Shown one piece after another: positions 47,205 through 61,570 of a stretch of DNA of 64,000 bases. The translations under genes were made by a program, and so were the position numbers. Under the pieces are notes generated by a model that worked only from the letters and a program-made list of their open reading frames with translations, ran no database searches and had not been told where the DNA came from. Each line of letters begins with the position of its first letter. The first letter of the stretch is position 1. The stretch comes from Chiloscyllium plagiosum (Eukaryota), in contig NC_057719.1 of assembly GCF_004010195.1 (NCBI RefSeq), positions 68,624,622 to 68,688,621 of the forward strand. The letters are read 5' to 3'.

Positions 47205-49461
47205 TGATAGTATGTCGAAGGACCGACAAGAGGTGTGGCCACACTGGATCTGGTGCTTGGTAATGAACCAGGCCAGGTGTTTGATTTAGTTATGGCTGAG
47301 CACTTTGGAGAGAGTGACCATAATTCAGTTGCGTTTAGTTTAGTGATGGAAAGGGATAGGTACGTGCCACAGGTCAAGAGTTACCGATGGGACAAGGGCA
47401 ATTATAATGCGATTAGTCAAGAATTAGGATGTATAGAATGGGGTAGCAAAATGCGGGGAATGCACACAGTGGAATTGTGGAGCTGGTTTAAGGAACAGAT
47501 ATTGCATGACTTTGATAGGTATGTCCCCTTCAGGCAGGGAGGAAGCGATAAGGTAAGGGAACCGTGGTTTACTACAGAAATTGCATCTCTTGTAAGCCTC
47601 CTTTGTCTGCTTAACGTGTTGATGAGGCAAGATGGTTCAGATGAGGCAATGGAAAGTTACAGATCAGCTGGGAAGGATTTAAAGAGAGAGTTAAGAAGAG
47701 CAACGAGAGGACACAAGCAGTCTTTAGCAAGTAGAATAAAGGAGAATCTTAAAGCTTTCTATAGGTATGTGAGGAATAAGAGGATGACTAGGTAGGAATA
47801 GGGCCAGTCAAAGACAGAAGTGGGAAGTTGAAGGTGGACCCTATGGAGATCAGAGAGGTGCTAAATGAACATTTCTCATCGGTTTTCACTCAGGAAAAGG
47901 AGAATATTGTAGAGGAGAAGAATGAGGTATGAGATATTAGACTAGTAAGGATCGAGGTTAGTTACGAACAGGTGCTATCAATTCTAGAAGGAGTGAAAGT
48001 AGACAAGCCCCCTGGGCCGGATGGGATCTATCCAAGGATTATCTGAGGAGCTAGGGAGGAGATAGCAGAGCCTTTGGCTTTGATATTTGAGTCATCATTG
48101 TCTACAGGTTTAGTACCAGAGGATTGGAAGATTGCAAATGTGCCCTTGTTCAAGAAGGGCAATAGAGATGATCCAGGTAATTATAGACCAGTGAGCCTTG
48201 CTTCTGTTATAGGAAAGGTTTTGGAAAGGATTATAAGAGATGAGATTTATAATCATCTAGCAAGCAACAATTTGATTTCAGATAGTCAACAGGGTTTCGT
48301 CAAGGGCAGGTTGTGTCTCACAAACCTCATTGAGTTTTTTGAGAAGGTGACCAAGCATGTAGGACAGTTGGCGTGGTATACATGGACTTCAGTAAAGCCT
48401 TTGCTAAGGTTCCACATGGTAGGCTGTTGGAGAAAATGCAGAGGCAGGGGATTAAGGGTGATTTAGCAGCTTGGATTAGAAACTGGCTTTCTGAAAGAAA
48501 GCAGCGAGTGGTGGTTGATGGAAAATATTCAGCCTGGAGTCCATTTACTAGTGGTGTGCCACAAGGATCTGTTTTGGGACCACTACAGTTTATCATTTTT
48601 ATAAATGACTTAGACGCAGGCATAGGTGAATGAATTAGTAAATTTGCAGATGACACTAAAGTTGGTGGAGTAGTGGACAGTTTGGAAGAATTTACAGCTT
48701 GCAGAAAGACTTAGATCAACTGCAGGATTGGGCTGAGAGGTGGCAAGTGGAGTTCAATGCAGCTAAATGTGAGGTGATGCACTTTGGGAAGAATAACAGG
48801 AAGGCAGAGTACTGGGTCAATGGAAAGATTCTTGATAGTGTGGATATGTGGAGGGATCTTGGAGTCCATGTACATACATCCCTGAAAGTTGCCACCCAGA
48901 TTGATAGTGCTGTTAAAAAGGCATACAGTGTGTTAGGTTTCATTTGTAGAGGGATTGAGTTCCGGAGCCGCAATATTATGCTGCAACTATACAAAACGCT
49001 AGTGCAGCCACACTTGGAATATTATGTACAGTTCTGGTCGCCATATTTCGGGAAGGATGTGGAAGCATTGGAAAAGGTGCAGAGGAGATTTATAAAGATG
49101 TTGCCTAGTCTGAAGGGAAGGTCTTATGAGGAAAGGCTGAGCGACTTGGGTCTGTTCTCATTGCAAAGAAGAAGGCTAAGAGGGCATTTGATAAAGACAT
49201 ACAAGATGATCAGAGGATTAGATAGGGTAGACAGTGAGAGTCTTTTTCCTATGATGATGATGTCAGCTTGTACGAGGGGGCATAACTACAAATTGAAGGG
49301 TGATAGATTTAAGACAAATATTAGAGGGAGGTTCTTTACTCAGAGAGAGGTAAGGGCGTGGAATGCCCTACCTGCCAATGTAGTTAACTCAGGCACATTA
49401 GGGAGATTTAAACAATCCTTGTAATGAGCACATGGATGATGATGGGATAGTGGAGGGGGAC
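47205..49461 (+). mobile_element. CR1 LINE ORF2 (long, decayed); final 3' UTR resumes at 50471-50548
   Basis: [74 protein letters not shown]; tail tgttctatgttctat. Confidence 0.95.
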
Positions 49462-50470
49462 AAGGCATGGTACATTGGGGAAACCGAGCAAAGGCTACGA
49501 CAACGGATGAATGGCACCGCACAGACAGGAGGGTTCCCTCCCAGTTGGGGAACACTTCAGTGGTCCAGGACATTCAGCCTCGGACCTTCGGGTGACCATC
49601 CTCCAAGGTGGACTTCGGGACAGGCAGCAGAGGCTGATAGCTAAGTTCGGTACCCATAGGGAGGGCATCAACTGGGACCTTGGGTTCATGTCACATTACA
49701 GGTGATCACCATTGCACCACACACACACAGATATTCCTACACACACACACACGTTCTCACGTGCACACGGACACAGGTACACACAGACACCCACACACCC
49801 CCTTATAGACACACACACTCCCACAATCACTCATGCACCCCCTCACAGACTTAAGACACTCTGCACTCACTACACACACACACACTTTCTCACTCCAGAC
49901 AGACACACACACAGGCAGACAAAGACCCACATGCACACATATATTTTGTGTGGTGAATTTGTACTTGCAGAGTTACATTGCACTTTGCTCAAAAACTGCA
50001 TACATTCATGTAGAACTCCGAGCTCAAAAACTGCATGAATTTATGTAAAACTCTGTTATCTCACTTTTTAGATTTAGAATCAATCTAAACATCAGGTCAT
50101 AGACAGAGAACACAGGGGGCTAACACCTCCAACACATTGTCTAGCTATCACCATTGTTAACAGCTAACCCAAGAATGCAACTTTAAAAAAAGGGTTTTGT
50201 GATTTACACATGAAAGAAGTGAAACTATCACTGTATTCTAACAGATGAAAGGTTTAACAGACAATCAATTTTTCAATGTATAATTTCAGTTACATAACAC
50301 TGCAAATTTTTGCTATAAATTCTGTGTTACGATCGATCTCTCCACAATCACCTGATGAAGGAGCGTCGCTCCGAAAGCTAGTGTGCTTCCAATTAAACCT
50401 GTTGGACGATAACCTGGTGTTGTGTGATTTTTAACTTTGTACACCCCAGTCCAACACCGGCATCTCCAAA
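49462..50470 (+). mobile_element. Second-family Penelope-like element 3' end, inserted in the CR1 3' UTR
   Basis: AWYIGETEQRLRQRMNG and LPVGEHFSGPGHSASDLRVTILQGGL..LIAKFGTHREGINWDLGFMSHYR (GIY-YIG C-terminal half). CA-rich spacer at 49715-49940 and a hammerhead at 50349. Confidence 0.9.
50349..50383 (+). ncRNA. Minimal type I hammerhead ribozyme motif (PLE-associated)
   Basis: cac-CTGATGA-a-ggagc(gtc)gctcc-GAAA-gcTA-gtg: stem I cac/gtg, 5-bp stem II, palindromic agct stem III, predicted cleavage after CUA (50380). Confidence 0.75.
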
Positions 50471-50897
50471 AGCTGAGAATAGTTCATGGGTTGGCGCAAC
50501 ATCGAGGGCCGAAGGGCCTGTTCTGCGCTGTATTGTTCTATGTTCTATACTTTTAAGATTCAGCATCACTGACTTTGTGTACATTGTGATGCTCACTAAG
50601 GCCAAGGAGATGGCTTCTGGGAATGAGCTACTTTTGTTCTAATTATTCAGTGTTAACAAACATATTCCCAGTTCTGAATCAACATTATGCCTAAACCTAA
50701 TGGGGATTAAAAGCATCATTCTAACATTTCCAACCAATCATCATCAGCAGACAGGGTTAAGTTGATACCCAATAGAAATTTGGTTCTGAATGTTCAGCTT
50801 GCTATATGCTGGATCCTTTCATTTCTTTCAACTGAGGGCTCTTTTAAGTCTGACAGGTGAAAATGGGACTTGAGATGAAAACATAAATCTATCTTGG

Positions 50898-51240
50898 GGG
50901 AGAGGGCAATGGCTTAGTGGCATTATCGTTAGTCTATTAATCCAGAGACCCAGGTAATGTTCTGAGGATTTCAAACCCTGCCACGGCAGGTGATGAAATT
51001 TGAATTCAATAAAAATCTGGAATTAAGAGTCTAATGATGACCATGAATCCATTGTCGATCATTGGAAAAACCCAACAATGTCCTTTAGCGAAGGAAATCT
51101 GACATCCTTACCTGTTCTGGCCTGTCTGTGACTCCAGACCAACAGCAATGTGGTTGACTGTCAACTGCCCTTTGACAATTAAGGGTCAGTAATAAATGCT
51201 GGCCCAGCCAGTGATGCCCTCATCCCTTGAATGAATAAAA
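50898..51240 (+). mobile_element. tRNA-derived SINE of a second family
   Basis: tggcttagtgg A-box-like head, body aaatttgaattcaataaaaatctgg...aaggaaatctgacatccttacc, tail ataaatgctggcccagcc...tgaatgaataaaa. Confidence 0.75.
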
Positions 51241-51329
51241 GAAATTATGACTGTGTACTTTCTTTATGGTATTGTTATCAAATATGCATCATTTTATAAA
51301 TAGAAACAAAACTCAATTTTATAAAGCAC

Positions 51330-51650
51330 TTTGTTTTGTCCTTGGGAAGGTCCAAAGTGTTTAAAATGAATTACTTTCGAAATACTGTTACTGCTCATAT
51401 ATAGACAAGTACAGCAGTCGATTTGGGTGTGGCATGAACCTTCAAGGTGTAGGGGAGATTAATCTGTATTTGATGGTGTTTTTTGAGGGAGGAATGTTAG
51501 CTGGGGCACTAGGAACACCTCCTGTTCATGTTCAAATAGTGCTATAGGATGTTTAATATTTAGGAAAATTGGCCTATTTATAATTAAATTTAAAATATCT
51601 GAAAGACAACACCTGTGCAACATTGTGAGTGCCGTAGTAGGTCACATCCT
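51330..51650 (-). mobile_element. DeuSINE-type remnant
   Basis: ttgagggaggaatgttagctggggcactagg..ttcaaatagtgctataggat..atctgaaagacaacacct resembles the reverse Deu core. Confidence 0.55.
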
Positions 51651-54600
51651 AAGTGTTGTGCTTTCCTCTTGGATGTTCTTCTTTGGCAGTGGAAAAAAAC
51701 CAAGTAACCTAACTGAATCCATTGGTTTATGCTTCTGTTCCTGAGTGGAATTTCACTACAGATATTATTGCTTTGTTAATCTGATAATACATTGTGCAGG
51801 CTCAAGCTTGGGGCCAGACTACGTTTGAGTTGGCTGGTTGGAGGGTATAGTATTAAAAGCAAAATCTAATTTTACTTTCTAATTTTATTCCATTAAAGGG
51901 GATTGGGGGCGCAGTGAAATACAAAATGTTGAATGGCAGTGTCTCTGTAGCTTGTCTGAATGCAGCTGTTCAAAACAATAAAAATGTCTTAAGTGTCTAT
52001 TTTCTATTCGTTACCAGTTACTGGTTAGATGGAACAATGGAATGCATTGGGAAAGAATAAAGAGAGAGTTAAAAACATCATCCATTAGAGGCACATCTCT
52101 GATCACCAGTTCACCCCAGCCAATTATGCTATCCAGTTGGTAGACCATTCATTCTCCCAGCAGAAAATAGTTTTACAAAAGGTGATGAAGTAACAACATG
52201 AGAGGGAAAAGGAAATGTTCATGAACATGTGTGACAATGAGTATTGTATTAAATCTCCTATCAGTCCAGAAACTACATTTAATTATCAGATAAATTTCCC
52301 TACTTTGATGAGAAACAATGTTGTTTGTTCAAAAGCATTAATGCAGTTGCAATGCCAGGTCTTCATTGATGCTAGGCTTGTAGTATTGATACGAATAGTC
52401 AGACCGGGAGGCTGGCTGGCTGGCTCTGGATGGTGTGAGAAAGCCTTGAGGCTTTACTCATCAGCTTAAACTTGCTGATTGCCAGGTTTTCCTAATTTTG
52501 CATTTCCAGGGCATTGCTGCTATGACCTTGTCTGCAACATATAAGGGTCTGGATCTCTTGAGAATCTCACGTGGTCATGGTATGGTTAGACATACATTGT
52601 TTACCAGACTCCAAGTGAACTGTGCACTAGCAGCCAATTTGATAAACACACATTTCCTGCCTTTATCAGGGAGATCACAGAATGTGAAGTATGAGTTTCC
52701 AGTTTTACTTCTCCCCTTCAGCTCTCTTCCTGTTTAAAGAAACTTATAATGGGGTGTTGAACAGTTTCTATTTGGACTTTAGTTACTAGTTGTCGACTAC
52801 TTAATCTGGCAGATATCTGCAAGAACGCCAGGATAAAGAGAGAAATAAAACAATTTACTACTAATCTTTTAGCACAAAACAAAACATGAATTTTTACTTT
52901 CAATTTATTGTAATTGCATAACTTGTACTTGTGTTTGTCTTCTACTGTTTTCAGGTTTCAATGTTTTAGCAGACTATAATGTACAAGCCTTTTGGGCAAT
53001 ACTGTTAATATTTCATGTAAAAGGTGGTGCTCCTTACAATATCAAGTGAGCAATCTGATTTAATTGCTTCATTCCCATAATAGGAGCAGTTGGATTTTTA
53101 ATTTAAACACTGATTAGGTAATCATGAACTGGATTTCCCAGAGGATGCTAAGTCTGTTTACTTTGTGCTTTACCTGATAAGTAACATTAGCCATCAGGTA
53201 AAGCCAATTTACCTGGTCACATCCCCTCAGTTGCCTTTCAGTCTAGGTTTAGTAGGATAGTCAAAAGTTCTTCAACAAAGCATTCAAAACAGAGGTTTTC
53301 ATCAAAACAACATTAATAGATAATGTTGAAGATAAAACAGTCTGTTTCTAAGCAGACAAGGCTGTTGTCCTGTTTTAACCATGCCAGATTTCCAGCTGTT
53401 TACTTAAACAGAAATGGGGAGTGAGGCTGGAGCTGAAACAATGTATTTTTAGTTTTTCCAGCTGGCCTACACTCAGATTTGTAGCTATACCTTTTGTCCA
53501 TGCCTGGCAGTATCCATAGTTTTTAATGACTGCTGCCTCAGTAATGTAAAATCTGTAAGAGGGAGTGTAAAGTGGCCAGTGGTCTTAAACGCTACTGGGT
53601 TGATAAGTTTGTTTTCACAAAAGAATTACTTTTGGTGAGAACTGTTTAATCTAATCAATTACAAGAATCCAGAATGGAAAAAGTAATATTGTATCCTTTA
53701 ACAAGTGTGGACATTGCTGATATCCTGCAGCTGATCTTCTAATGTGAAGTCATCTCTCATTAAGGTGAGGTATAATGCTGTCTAACATTACGATCACTTT
53801 TGTGTTAATGGGTGTAATTTTAAAGTGCCAGAAATTGCATTCAAGCCACCAAGATTTTAAAATTAGTATGTGGATCTGCTTTAACTAACCAGAAGCAAAA
53901 CATCTTGTTTTGCAGTGGTGATTATTAACTGATTTGCATCATAAGCTCTTAACAGGAATTTCTCAGTCAGTGCTCTGCCTATAAGGTGATTTTAGAAGGA
54001 AATTTATGTGAAAGACAGAAAGAAAACCTGCCTGTTGTATTGGACTTCAAAAAAGAGAAATGTTCTGGCCGGACGGTTTGCAAAATTGATACCAGAAGAG
54101 AAATTGAGCTAAGTTGGAGAATGACAGGAGAGAATTACATTTGTATGACAAGATCAAGTATGTTGACTTACTTCAGCTGTATTGCAATATGTTCATGTTG
54201 ATCAATGAAGATGTAGAATCAACTTTTAAGTATACAAGTTAATCTTTTACTTTGATTCTTGGGTTCTTAAGGTTCATTGAATAATAAGAACTGTTCATTC
54301 TTGAAATGTAGGCTAATCTATATTTTTTCTATTATATAGAATGAGATTTTGAAGTCAACAAGAAAGTAATAGCAGTTGCTGCTGACTTTGAAGAAAGTTA
54401 TTCACAGTAGTCTAGCATTCTCTGTGATGTGTGGTTCCCCTTTGCCATATCAGTTTTTTTTGTCTACCAAGTCAAGGGGATCTCCAGGCATCTCACATCA
54501 GTTATTGTATCAAACAGGGTCAACAATTGAAATGTTCTTAGAGAGAAAATCAGGAAGTAAAAACCATTGAATCTCTTTTGTTTTTTCTTTTTTAAGAGAT

Positions 54601-55289
54601 GGTGAAATAAAAGATTGAAATTTGCACATGGGATTAAGTTACTTTAAAGAATATTTGATGATATGTGGGATTTCCTATCATAATTGAGAATATTGACAAT
54701 CAACAGATATAAAATTACACTAACAACCAATTTAAGTTTAAGATTTCATTTGAGCTCACAACATGACTAATTTATGATTAAATTAGAAATTTCACATATT
54801 CATATGCAGGACTCTGTCTTCTGCAAACAGAAAGAATGTGTCCCGGCATTAAATTAAAAGGTAACTCTTTGCTGGTGCATTCTATATGGCGATACTGCAA
54901 CCAAATCTATCAGCATTCTTTTTCACAATCTTTGTAAATTGTTGTTCCCTTTTGAAAATTAGTTTTCTTTATGTGGATGAGTACAAGATGAAAAGCATTG
55001 ACAGAATGTTTTTTTTCTTTTCAGAAATTACTCTTTCAGAGTTAGTGAGCCTTTCAACAGTAATTATGAAGCTACTACTGCTGTTAAAGACCTAAAAATA
55101 CCTTTTGCAACAAGGTGCAACTTTTTAATGTACTTTTATAGCAAGACTAAGCGTGAAAGTCCTTACCTGTCCATAGATGCCCACTTGTTGCCAGTGAGGG
55201 GGAAATCTAAACAATGCATCCTTTAGAAAAGCTTTGAATCATTGATAGCAGCTTTTGGACTTGTTTAACTACGCGTGGATTGCTTCAAT

Positions 55290-55460
55290 ATCTGAGGACA
55301 TGTGAATGGTGCTGGACATTGTCCAATCTCGGCAAACATCCTCACTTCTGACCTGATCATGAAGGGAAATTCATTGATTGAGGCAACTGAAGATCGTTGG
55401 ATCTAGGACACTAGTCTGAGGAACTCCTGCAGTAATGTCCTGCTACTATGATGATTAAAC
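55290..55460 (-). mobile_element. Small LINE RT fragment homologous to 45750-45910
   Basis: cacttctgacct...ttgattgaggcaactgaagatcgttggatctaggacactagtctgaggaactcctgcag. Confidence 0.7.
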
Positions 55461-58400
55461 AACGTGAACCCACAAGAGGAGTTGGATGTCTGTAAAAACT
55501 CTTTTATGTCTATTTTTTAAAAAGGATATTGCAGATTCTTGCAAAATCTATAATTTAACAGCTACAATTAAACTCTGCAGTATTTGCAAGGAATATATTT
55601 GAAACTAATGGTGCAATAGGTTAACAAAATTTCTGGTCCTCTTCAAAAGGTGAGGCTTGAGTGATATGTGAGAATGTGGTGAGATGGGGTTGACACGTGA
55701 AGAAGTATGATAGGGTTGTTGGGCTAAAATACCCTTCCCTGTTTCTTGATTTGAACCAGAGCGTTAGTTTTATTTTAGATGTCACAAAGCAATAGCAAGT
55801 ACCAATTGCTGGTACGTCCAGATTTGAAGCTTGGTCTTAAAAATGTCACTATCTGTATTTAGGCAGTAACTACTTGTGTAATTCATTACTCTCCATTCTC
55901 CCTTCTTTTTACATAATCATTTGATTCCATTGTATATGTCTGCAAGAAGATTCAACGATTGTCATGCTACAGCCTGATATTTTATTTCTATTGTTGAATT
56001 CTAATTGCACATTCAATTTATGGCTGAGGATTGAGCACAGCAGAGTGAGGAGCTTGTTGTAAAAGGTTTATGGGATTTTCAAATCTGCTCTGCTTGAAAA
56101 GTATAGAAGCAAATTTGATTTATACATGTTGTGTCCTTTAATTTTTTTGTGTCTTAACTAAATTAGTAGAATACAGTATTGTTAAACCATGTGTTAAGCA
56201 CAATATTCCACACAGATGGCAGATTGGCAGTTGGGAAACCATTTTAAGCAGTATTGGGCAACCACAGTAGGACCATGATATATTTAATATCAGGTTCAAG
56301 AAATATCATAACTGCAATTAATGCATGTTAGCTGTACTTCTTGGAGGGCTGCATCCTTTCTTTGCTTCATGTTTGATCCCACACACAAAGGGATGGCTAT
56401 TAACAGTTTCTGTTGTGTGTTTTTGACATTCTATTACAGCTTGCTTGACATATTGTATGTTAATCCTTCTGTGCAAACCTGGTATACATGAATTGAATCT
56501 ACACTTGCATATTACGTCAGTATCATAAACTCATAATATTGTTTATGGGTTGAAGAATTTTCTTCTACAAATCAAATATCTATTTTTCCACGAATTTTAA
56601 TTCCAAAGAAGTGTTTGGCAGACCAGATATTTCAGCCTGCATCAGCAGCTGCAGATACATTTCTGCACACTGTGAAGTCAGAGTATGGTAACTTCTAATT
56701 TATTACTTTTGAACATGCCGTTGCAGTCTCAGAGGGATAAATTAAGTACTTATAATTAAAATACATCATTCTAGAGGATGTTCAAGTAATTTGCTTGTAT
56801 TTTTGAAAAAAATGATACAGATATCTTAAAAATGACCACTTATAGAAATATTGCCAATATTAATTATAAAATGTCTGTTTCCAGTTGGCACCATCAGGTC
56901 TCTCTACGTTTGTATCAATATTTCTGAATACCACATATGTATGTTATTTGCATATAAAAATTTCAATACTGCCTCCATGCATTTCAGTGGGCCACTTTGT
57001 GTATTTGTGTAGTTTGTTGATGTTACTCTAGTGCCCTCTATGGCTCAATCCTGAATTACTGTTGTGAGAGTGTTAGATGCTTCGGTAACCTTTAAGTCTG
57101 TGTAGTGGACTGATTTTTTTTGTTGTTTGAGCTCATTAACTATGAATAGCTACTAGTTGGATTGAGAAGTATTTTCAGTTTCACTGGGGCCCTGAACTAA
57201 CAAAGGAAAGTGTGGTCCATTTTGAATTCTTACTTGTGTTCATAACTCACATTAGCTCGCTCTTAGTTGTAAACGTATGATGCTTTTCTCCCTTTCAGTG
57301 TAATTTGAGAATGAAACAAATCATACATTCAGTTAATGAAGTGATTATCTAAATGTATTGGTTTTGGGGCAGGTGGCTTGCAAATAACTTAAAGGTCTCG
57401 TTGCAAAAGGGTATTTGTAAATGAGGTTTGCTTTAGGAAGTCAAGACAAGGGAGTGAAGATCATTGTCTCAAGAAAGATTATTTATACCAAACACGAAGC
57501 ATTGGTTGCTTTATATTAGTATAAACCGTAGAGCACTTTGTTAATTAATGCAGTCATCATGTTAATCTTGTGACATTTTCAATGCTGAAAATTTTCCACA
57601 TTAGGGTAGTCCTTTGAGGATCTGATTTCAGCATTACTGCATTCTGAATTTAGTGCAGTTGCCAAAAGTTGTAGTGTGTTCTGTGCCAGAAGTTACATTT
57701 GTCTCTAAAATTAACAGCCAGATTAGACTGGGAAATGTGGCTGTCACAGTTGCACAGCATGGTGACTACAGTCAAATCATGTCTGTATTTTTCTGCTTAA
57801 TTTTGTTTAATGATGATGAGAAAAGATAACATTATTGCGGTTTTCTAGGAGTAGATATGCCATTGGCATTTATGTATAATTTAAGAGATTTCTTGGTGTT
57901 ATTTTCTATTGTGTCCGATGTTTGTTTTTTTAACATATGAATATTTTAAAATTGTATTACTTGGAAATGATAACTTAATATTAAAGGAGAATCTACATTT
58001 TTATTAGGATTATTCCTGCAGTTCAGTTTCATATGTGTTGATTTAATTATGACCGTGGAAAGATCTAATTTGAAGAATTCGAGTAGGGTTAAAGGTAGTT
58101 GTTAGAAACAACGTAATGTCTTAACGTTATTGAAACTCCAGAGATATAAAATGAATTTTACTTGAAAAGATAGGTTTTGCTAAAGTCACTTTTTTTATGA
58201 AGTACCTTTAATAAATCACAATCTGAATAAAATCAGCTGAAGCAATGCAAAAAATGAATTACTGAATATCCAAAATCACTGTCCTGCATGTTTCCTGTAT
58301 CTTTTATATTGGTTCAAGATTTATGTAACCTGAATCAGCTCCTGTCCACAAAATCATCTGTAACCCTGAGTAAATCTTCTACGATTCCTCTGATTGTACT

Positions 58401-60449
58401 CGGCTGTTCTAATTGTACTCATTTTCTCAGTTGATCTATCACAATAACAACTTGGGTTTAGATAGCATCTTCAAAAATCTTACAACTCTTCACAGGAACG
58501 TTATAAAAGTTTGTTTTAGCTCAGATGAATAAAAGCTTGGTTGAAGAGGTGAGCATTAAAGGATGAAACTGATGTAGAGAGGTAAAATATAGGGAGGATA
58601 TTCCAGAGCTTGTGGCAAAAGTAACTGGCACATGGTTCATTTGATAAGAAACTGATGATTGCTCACCAGTTAAACTATTAAATGGTTTAGTAGAGTTTTT
58701 ATTTGAAGTAATTTTCATTATTTTTAAATCAGGTTACTCACTAGTGTGAGAGCATTAAAATGCATTGTTACCACTCTTAAATTTAACATAATAAAGAATA
58801 AATTTTAATGGAAAGAAAAGATAATTATGTTCCGTTACTTGGTTGAACTTGGTCCTGAAAGATTATATATTTGTGATTATGGAAATTAATATTCAGGAAA
58901 ACTTTAAGCGCAACCCAATCAGAGCAATTTCAAGAGCTTTCTGGTTGCCATTTCTTCACTGCAGCCAAAGTAGAGACTCCACCCCACTATTTCTAGAACA
59001 TTGCTAGATTTGGGATCAATTATCAGTATGTTACGTTTTGTTACGGTCTCTGTAGCAATCAGTAATTTTCAAAAAAAAAATTGAACTTCTAGTTGATAGC
59101 TGATAATGATGACACATCAAGATTTCATGTTTTAAAACAGTGTTGCAAATGACTGATAGTTCTATTGAGTGCACACACGTTTCATTTTGTAGGCAACTTG
59201 TACTTGAAACTGTTTAAAGGAACATTCCTCTTCTATGTTGATGACATATCATTGCACTCTCCTCAGAATTACTATCTTTTTAGCAGATATTTCACAATTA
59301 CTTCCATCTTTCACTAAGGTCACATTGTGCCTTTCCATAGAATAGTACTATCAAATTTCCAGGTGCTCCCCTCATTTTTTTGAGAATTTCCCAAATTCAC
59401 TTTGATGATTCATCTTATAGTGTCCTTCCCAAAATTCATTCCCAGGCAAACATGAACAAAAAATTATTTGTACATAATAAATCAAGATTGATGACTAACA
59501 GTTTCTGCGGTATCTCCATGCCAACTGTAAAACAAACAATCAGCATCCTCTTATGCTGTGTAAATTGTTGTTTCCTTTCTAAAGTTGATTTTCATGTGTT
59601 CCAGTACTAATGAGTGCAGTACAAAAAGCTTTGGCTGAATGTCTCTTTTTGGCAGTGTTAAACATCATACAAACATCATAAATTCTTTTCATGTGTAGGT
59701 CCCCTTTTTGTCAAAACACCTTCTGTTTTGTTGCCTAATGTTCACTACCATCAGTTTGTGATACCTTAGTTAAATTTATCACTCCTTCAGAAATAGCACA
59801 TGTGCAGCAGCTGACTTGTAAGTTGTTGCCTGGCTTTAGAATTGGGACATTTTCCCTTTGTCTATCATGATAGTTCAATTGCTGAGCCTGTGTACTGTCA
59901 CCCAAACAGGGTATTAGAAATGACACTCATTCAGAATCTATGGAAAGCAGTCCATTAAACTGGCCAAATTTTAATAACTAATGCACATCTGTTAGAAAGT
60001 TGGGCTTTTGGCAATTCACAAGATAACTGAATATTTTTTCTAATCTTTTGGACTGAGACGTACTGAGGAAGGAGAAGAAAAAGAGTTTGTAAACATGTCA
60101 AATATTCTGCCAAACTCAACAGTTGAGGGGATGGTGGTGGCGTTAGTGACAGATTGTATGAGCATGTTAAAATGTGAACACACATAAACAAAGAAAATGG
60201 AGATTCTAACTTTTTTTTAAAGCACTGCCTCTTCAATTTGCTGTACATGCAAAGATGTGCAATTTTAATCCTGTTACATTTTATTTGTGTCCGATTTAAG
60301 TCATTTCTAATATTTTTAACATTGCGGGAGGAAGAATTTCTACTAGAGTTCATTTCCATGTTTAGTTTTTTTTGATCAAATTATTTTATACCAGTGCCAA
60401 ACATGAATTATAGATTAAAGTCAAAGTCCCAATACCCCATAATGCAGAA

Positions 60450-61570
60450 ACGTAGAACAGTGCAGCACAAGAACAGGCCCTTCGGCCCATCGTGTCTCTG
60501 CCAACCATGATGCTATTCTAAACTGATCCCATCTGTCTACACATGGTCCATGACCTTGTATTTCCTGCCTGTTTATGTATCTGTCTAAATGCCTCTTCAC
60601 CTTAAACATATGCTCCCTAATACTTGATATTTCTACCTTGGGAAACAAGCTCTGACTATCCATTCTATCTATGCTTCGCATAATTTTATATGCTTCTATC
60701 AGGTTGCCTCTCAGCCTGTGACATTGTAGTGAAAACAATCCAAGTTTGTCCAAGCTCTCCTTACTGCTAATATACTTCAGTCATGGCAACATCCTGGTAA
60801 ACTTCTTTTGCACCCTGTCCAAAGCCTCCACATTCTTCCTATTGTGTAGCGATCAGAACTGCTCACAATATTCTAAACATGGCTTAACCAAAGTCTTATA
60901 CAGCTGCAACATGACTTTCCAAATTTAATGCTCATTGCTCTGACCAATGAAGGCGAGGATGCCATATGCCTTTTTTGCAACCTTATCTGTTTGTGTTGCC
61001 ACTTTCAGGGGCTATGGCTTTGCACCCCAAGATCCGTATGTACGTCAGTGCTCCCAAGGGTCTTGCCATTTAGTGTATTCTCTTGTATTTTATCTCCCAA
61101 AATGCATCAATTCACCCTTGTCCAGATTAAACTCTGCTATTTCTCCACCCCGTTTTTCCAACAGATCTATATCATACTGTATCCTTTGACATCCTTCTTC
61201 ACTATTCCACCAATCTTCGTGTCATCTGGAAACTTCCTAATCGGACCACCTAATCAGACCACCAGTACTAGTCCTTGTGGAACATCACTGGTCATAGGCC
61301 TCCAGTCAAGAAAATACACCCCTCCTGTATGACCAAGCCAATTTTGTATCCAACTTAGCAACTCAGCGTGGATCCATGTGACTTACTCTTCTGGATCACC
61401 TCACCATGACAAGCTAAAAGTCTTAATGACTTAGTAAAAATCCATAAGACAACACCTACTGCTGTACCCTCATCAATCATCTTTGTCACTTCAAAAAACT
61501 CCATCATATTTGTGAGACAAAACCTCTCCATACAAAGCTATACTGACTGTCCCTAATAAGTCCATGACAT
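60450..61570 (-). mobile_element. CR1 LINE 3' part (decayed)
   Basis: DKLGLFSLQCHRLRGNLIEAYKIMR and LYKTLVKPCLEYCEQF; tail at 60450-60480. Confidence 0.9.
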
